From assembly GCA_002811645.1 (NCBI GenBank), contig PDIP01000096.1, positions 1-45,640 of the forward strand: a stretch of 45,640 nt of DNA, given 5' to 3'. Position numbers and translations under genes: made by a program. Every line of letters starts with the position of its first letter. Positions within the stretch are counted from its first letter, which is position 1. This stretch comes from Corallochytrium limacisporum Hawaii. Lineage: Eukaryota > Protista > Pluriformea. Positions 43,601 to 45,640 of the stretch are shown one piece after another. Below the pieces are notes generated by a model. It did no database searches and had not been told where the DNA came from. It saw nothing but the letters and a program-made list of their open reading frames with translations.

Positions 43601-43981
43601 CCCTTTTGGCTTCGGCTTCACTGAGCCATGGCTGCGCCCACTCTGTATACTGTCCGGCAGAGAGAGCGGCTTGATTGATTTGCTAGAGTTTGTCGTAAAG
43701 TCAGAAGTTTTGGGCGTGCTCGATGTCTTCGGTGAGACAATCTGTCGCTCGCTGTCCGTTCCTCCTGTACTGTCCAGATCATGATCTCGTACAAGGGTCA
43801 GTTCACCTGTTGCAAATGAGGATCTCCAAGGCACTGCACTGGATCCCTCTGATGCTAGACTGTTTGATCTCCGGAACATGGGTGACGCGATGGTGGAGGT
43901 ATCTTCCGATTCAGTCTCGTCATCTTTGCCGTAGCCTGGCACATGCGCGAGAACTGTTGCCGATTTTTGTGGCTGAACCAT
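40646..43981 (-). CDS. Macro-like domain + SIR2_2 (defence-type sirtuin-fold) fusion protein with disordered termini
   Basis: 1111 aa. Macro-like GHVFVVLGDLTSVLCDCWLVPTD (aa ~255) and LICVPVIGTGRGG (aa ~460-470). SIR2 motifs LVLFVGAGVS.GAGLP.W, TTNYD, LLKLHG, IVLTREDY and VLFVGFSLSD. No Zn-binding Cys module of classical sirtuins. Confidence 0.85.
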   Translation of the reverse strand: MVQPQKSATVLAHVPGYGKDDETESEDTSTIASPMFRRSNSLASEGSSAVPWRSSFATGELTLVRDHDLDSTGGTDSERQIVSPKTSSTPKTSDFTTNSSKSIKPLSLPDSIQSGRSHGSVKPKPKGSMLAGVLNNAAKVVSGTLADEKPAVTTKTPDSHQTDQQKTHSNMLRESSGIADIRSKRDIVPAQLETITTPAAVPAPRTDHDMCRPSSTQTGLPARTKPVQRVSVSTSTQDRNSAVPSESTKQRQTAGHVFVVLGDLTSVLCDCWLVPTDNSGVVEKYWRLGLTQLEGLPENWGSNDTEERVYQWEPITGLRPARWPVNVGGEERKTQPLGWYLKGVQQFLAQVNERLIHASGRKMSSFAAAGPKYSRDVAEKAAKPLNGDDLIRAALADEVSLHEQIERWEIRQHREHFQSGRKKRESTSSSGTHNDVGTTTDQLDDLIGYRPVGGRQRPLICVPVIGTGRGGFHHKIGDILRGIFPILFHAARTYKFDVALVTNRQRMYVAAVSARHDIPGRWNALPDRLREHARALAELAVKGDLVLFVGAGVSKGAGLPDWKRLLMELADILGLDEGTKKALRFIDPLDAATYLKAHQDKDQLALMVSELLRSPYYAISHALLASLPVQNYVTTNYDQLMENALNSTYPKQEFSVLPHDPLFDTDRSLLKLHGCVTRPESIVLTREDYLRYSDSRAALAGIMQSLLLTKYVLFVGFSLSDANFHAIMDKCRRAMVRSTQADSRGFGTALDLRENRLNSVLWKDDITWVPMSHSSDLQSEGFDAELEGPGRVLEIFLDYLSARACRSIPYILSNSYTGMLRPHERPIRMVLRRFIDDLNTLPDESKKSYAYEKILELLNHLGLDQDENYDRLLPSAAVPHQHFSAAITRSPRPHANAVIDHLVMAERVGAPGRTDGSSASRVRHNSYSSASSKVSYGGANGNDNDGVSTPRREKRRFRGHGDDTSSEVMRGSAPCGGGDPRAQSAHVLGESFSAYIDRGEDKHMRSSVPPSVHFVVPAADDDQLAHEQEALGGKKPAAPEQATNGGIPLPDAAPMEAVSVPDISMHHEAGAPAVQFIFHDRLENHAATGTVGLPQDDQNPSPGAEKPFTRS

Positions 43982-45315
43982 TATGGTTAACTATGCATCT
44001 AGAGTCTCAGAAGCTGGTCATCGTTCCCATGGTCCTTGTCTTTCACCTTACCGCAGGCACTGCGTTTGTTCACACACACTCCAACGGACCTATCCCAGGA
44101 ACGAAAGCCTCATATCCGTGCTCTCCGTCGTCTGATCCTGCCGCCTTCTCTTGTAACATACCTTCACTATCATCCATCGCGAACATGCGATCCACCTGCA
44201 GACAGAGATGAAGGATGAAGATACAGTCCAGCTCGAAACACGGAACACGCAGTGTAGAAATCGCAAACCAGAACGAACAGCAAGGCTTGGCCGTTACACG
44301 AGCGTCATGTCTTTTCTCATGGCTCAACCTTCCCTCTGAGCCACCAGACCTCGACAATATCCCCCTTCCCCCGGGCCTCTTTCTCCTTTCCTTAATTTTC
44401 TCGGATACACACAACGACACCAAACTTTGTTGCTCCAAGGAAACGGAATGTATTCCAGTACTGAAAATATGCGATCTTTGCTCCTTCCGCCCTGAGTTCT
44501 TGCGCCCTCCGCGCAGTGGACCGCGGGGAGTCCCCGTCCCTGCTTCCCAGGGCGCCGGACGAGAAAGACAGGGGGAGAGAGAGTGAGAGAGGGGGGGGGT
44601 TAGGTGGGAACTGGGCGTGCTCCACTCGCGCTGCCATACAGCCGCGAAGTGACGGAGGAATCGGGGCAGGGCCTCGCCCCTTTCCGGGAGGAGACCGGGG
44701 GGGGGGCAGGCGGGGAGGCGATTCCTGCAAAATTGCGCCTGCCCGGGTCCTGCGGCGCCCGGGGCTGGTGTGTGTGTGTGACTCGACTCCCACTGCGTCT
44801 CATCAGCTCAACAACCCCCCCCCTCCCCTCCCTGCCGGTCGGCCTCTGAGACCCGCCCCTTGGAATTCGTGCCTGTGCGTGTGTGTGTGTGTGTGCCCAA
44901 GAAGATCGGACGGTCGCACAGGCGGAGGGTTACTCAGAAGGACACCTGGCACCCGTGCAGAGAAAAGGCGTTAGGAACAATAACACCGAGAAGCAAATGC
45001 TTCGACTTTTTTTTCTTTTTTTATTTTTACGCACAAAAAGTCCTTATGTCCGTTTGCTTGGCCGCCATTCTTCTCTCCGCCCCCCCTCCCCCTTCCTTTC
45101 CTCTCACAACCTTCCCATTTCATTTTCCTTTTTTTTTTGTTCTTTCCCTTTCCACACCTTCTTTTTCCTTGGTGCCTTTCCTTTGCTGGTCGGTGTGACG
45201 AGGAGGGCACCTAACATTTTCCATAGGAGAATCCCCTCCCCCGGGAGACTTCCGACCTTTCTGCTGCCGTGCTTCCTTCCACACACCCCTGGGACCCGTT
45301 GGGGGGATCAGACTG

Positions 45316-45415
45316 CTACCCTAACTATTATATTTGTTTGAATTGAACCCCACGTTCCCTGTGAAACACTCACTACCCTAACTAATCGTTAGTGATCAGG
45401 GTTCTAGCCAATCAG
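45316..45415 (+). promoter_or_regulatory. Candidate promoter: 12-bp direct repeat CTACCCTAACTA x2 plus NF-Y-type CCAAT box
   Basis: CTACCCTAACTA at 45316-45327 and 45373-45384; AGCCAATCAG at 45406-45415 matches the RRCCAATCAG consensus. Confidence 0.35.
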
Positions 45416-45640
45416 AGGAGGCCATGTGTTACGATGACAGTACCACCCTCTGTCTGGTATGTCAGGGTCAAAACTCCGAAAAACTAGACTCCCGAGGATC
45501 TTTTTTAATCTTGATTGTATAATAACTTATATTGATTCTATTCTATTTCATTATATTTTGCTCTTTTTAACAATCATGCACAAATATTTAAATAGCTGAT
45601 TCAAACGAAGAGTCCCTGCTACTCTCAAAAAAGGACTATT

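Noticed and set aside
12273-43981. Toxin, DPP8/9 (inflammasome regulator in mammals) and Macro-SIR2 as one immune gene cluster
   Set aside because: They are separated by unrelated housekeeping genes, no NLR or CARD partner is present, and eukaryotic adjacency alone does not imply shared function.
1-45640. tRNA, rRNA, CRISPR arrays, LTRs or TIRs
   Set aside because: No cloverleaf with A/B boxes, rRNA-like segment, regularly spaced repeat array or terminal repeat pair was seen by eye.

Overview
Eukaryotic genomic scaffold with two N-gaps. It carries 11 protein-coding genes, all with uninterrupted CDSs (up to 3.6 kb). The animal-like DPP8/9, HSL_N-type lipase and SANT-bearing DNAJC2 in intronless form suggest a CDS-intron-poor unicellular holozoan, possibly Corallochytrium-like; this is inference only. 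The left ~17 kb is an accessory compartment: a secreted orphan protein, a sugar porter and a secreted aerolysin/ETX-MTX2-like pore-forming protein sit among up to four heavily decayed non-LTR retrotransposon relics, read manually across frameshifts. The right ~29 kb holds mostly conserved genes: Ctr copper transporter, DPP8/9, a prokaryote-like UPF0173 metallo-beta-lactamase, USP5/13, HSL, DNAJC2 and CysRS. It also holds a bacterial-defence-like Macro+SIR2 fusion protein. Most notable: (1) the Macro-SIR2 candidate NADase; (2) a G|GTA motif ~90-135 nt upstream of the ATG in 9 of 11 genes, each followed by a YAG before the ATG, suggesting one 5'-UTR intron (or a fixed promoter element) per otherwise intronless gene; (3) the secreted beta-pore-forming toxin in a LINE graveyard. 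All family calls are by motif recognition, without database searches.
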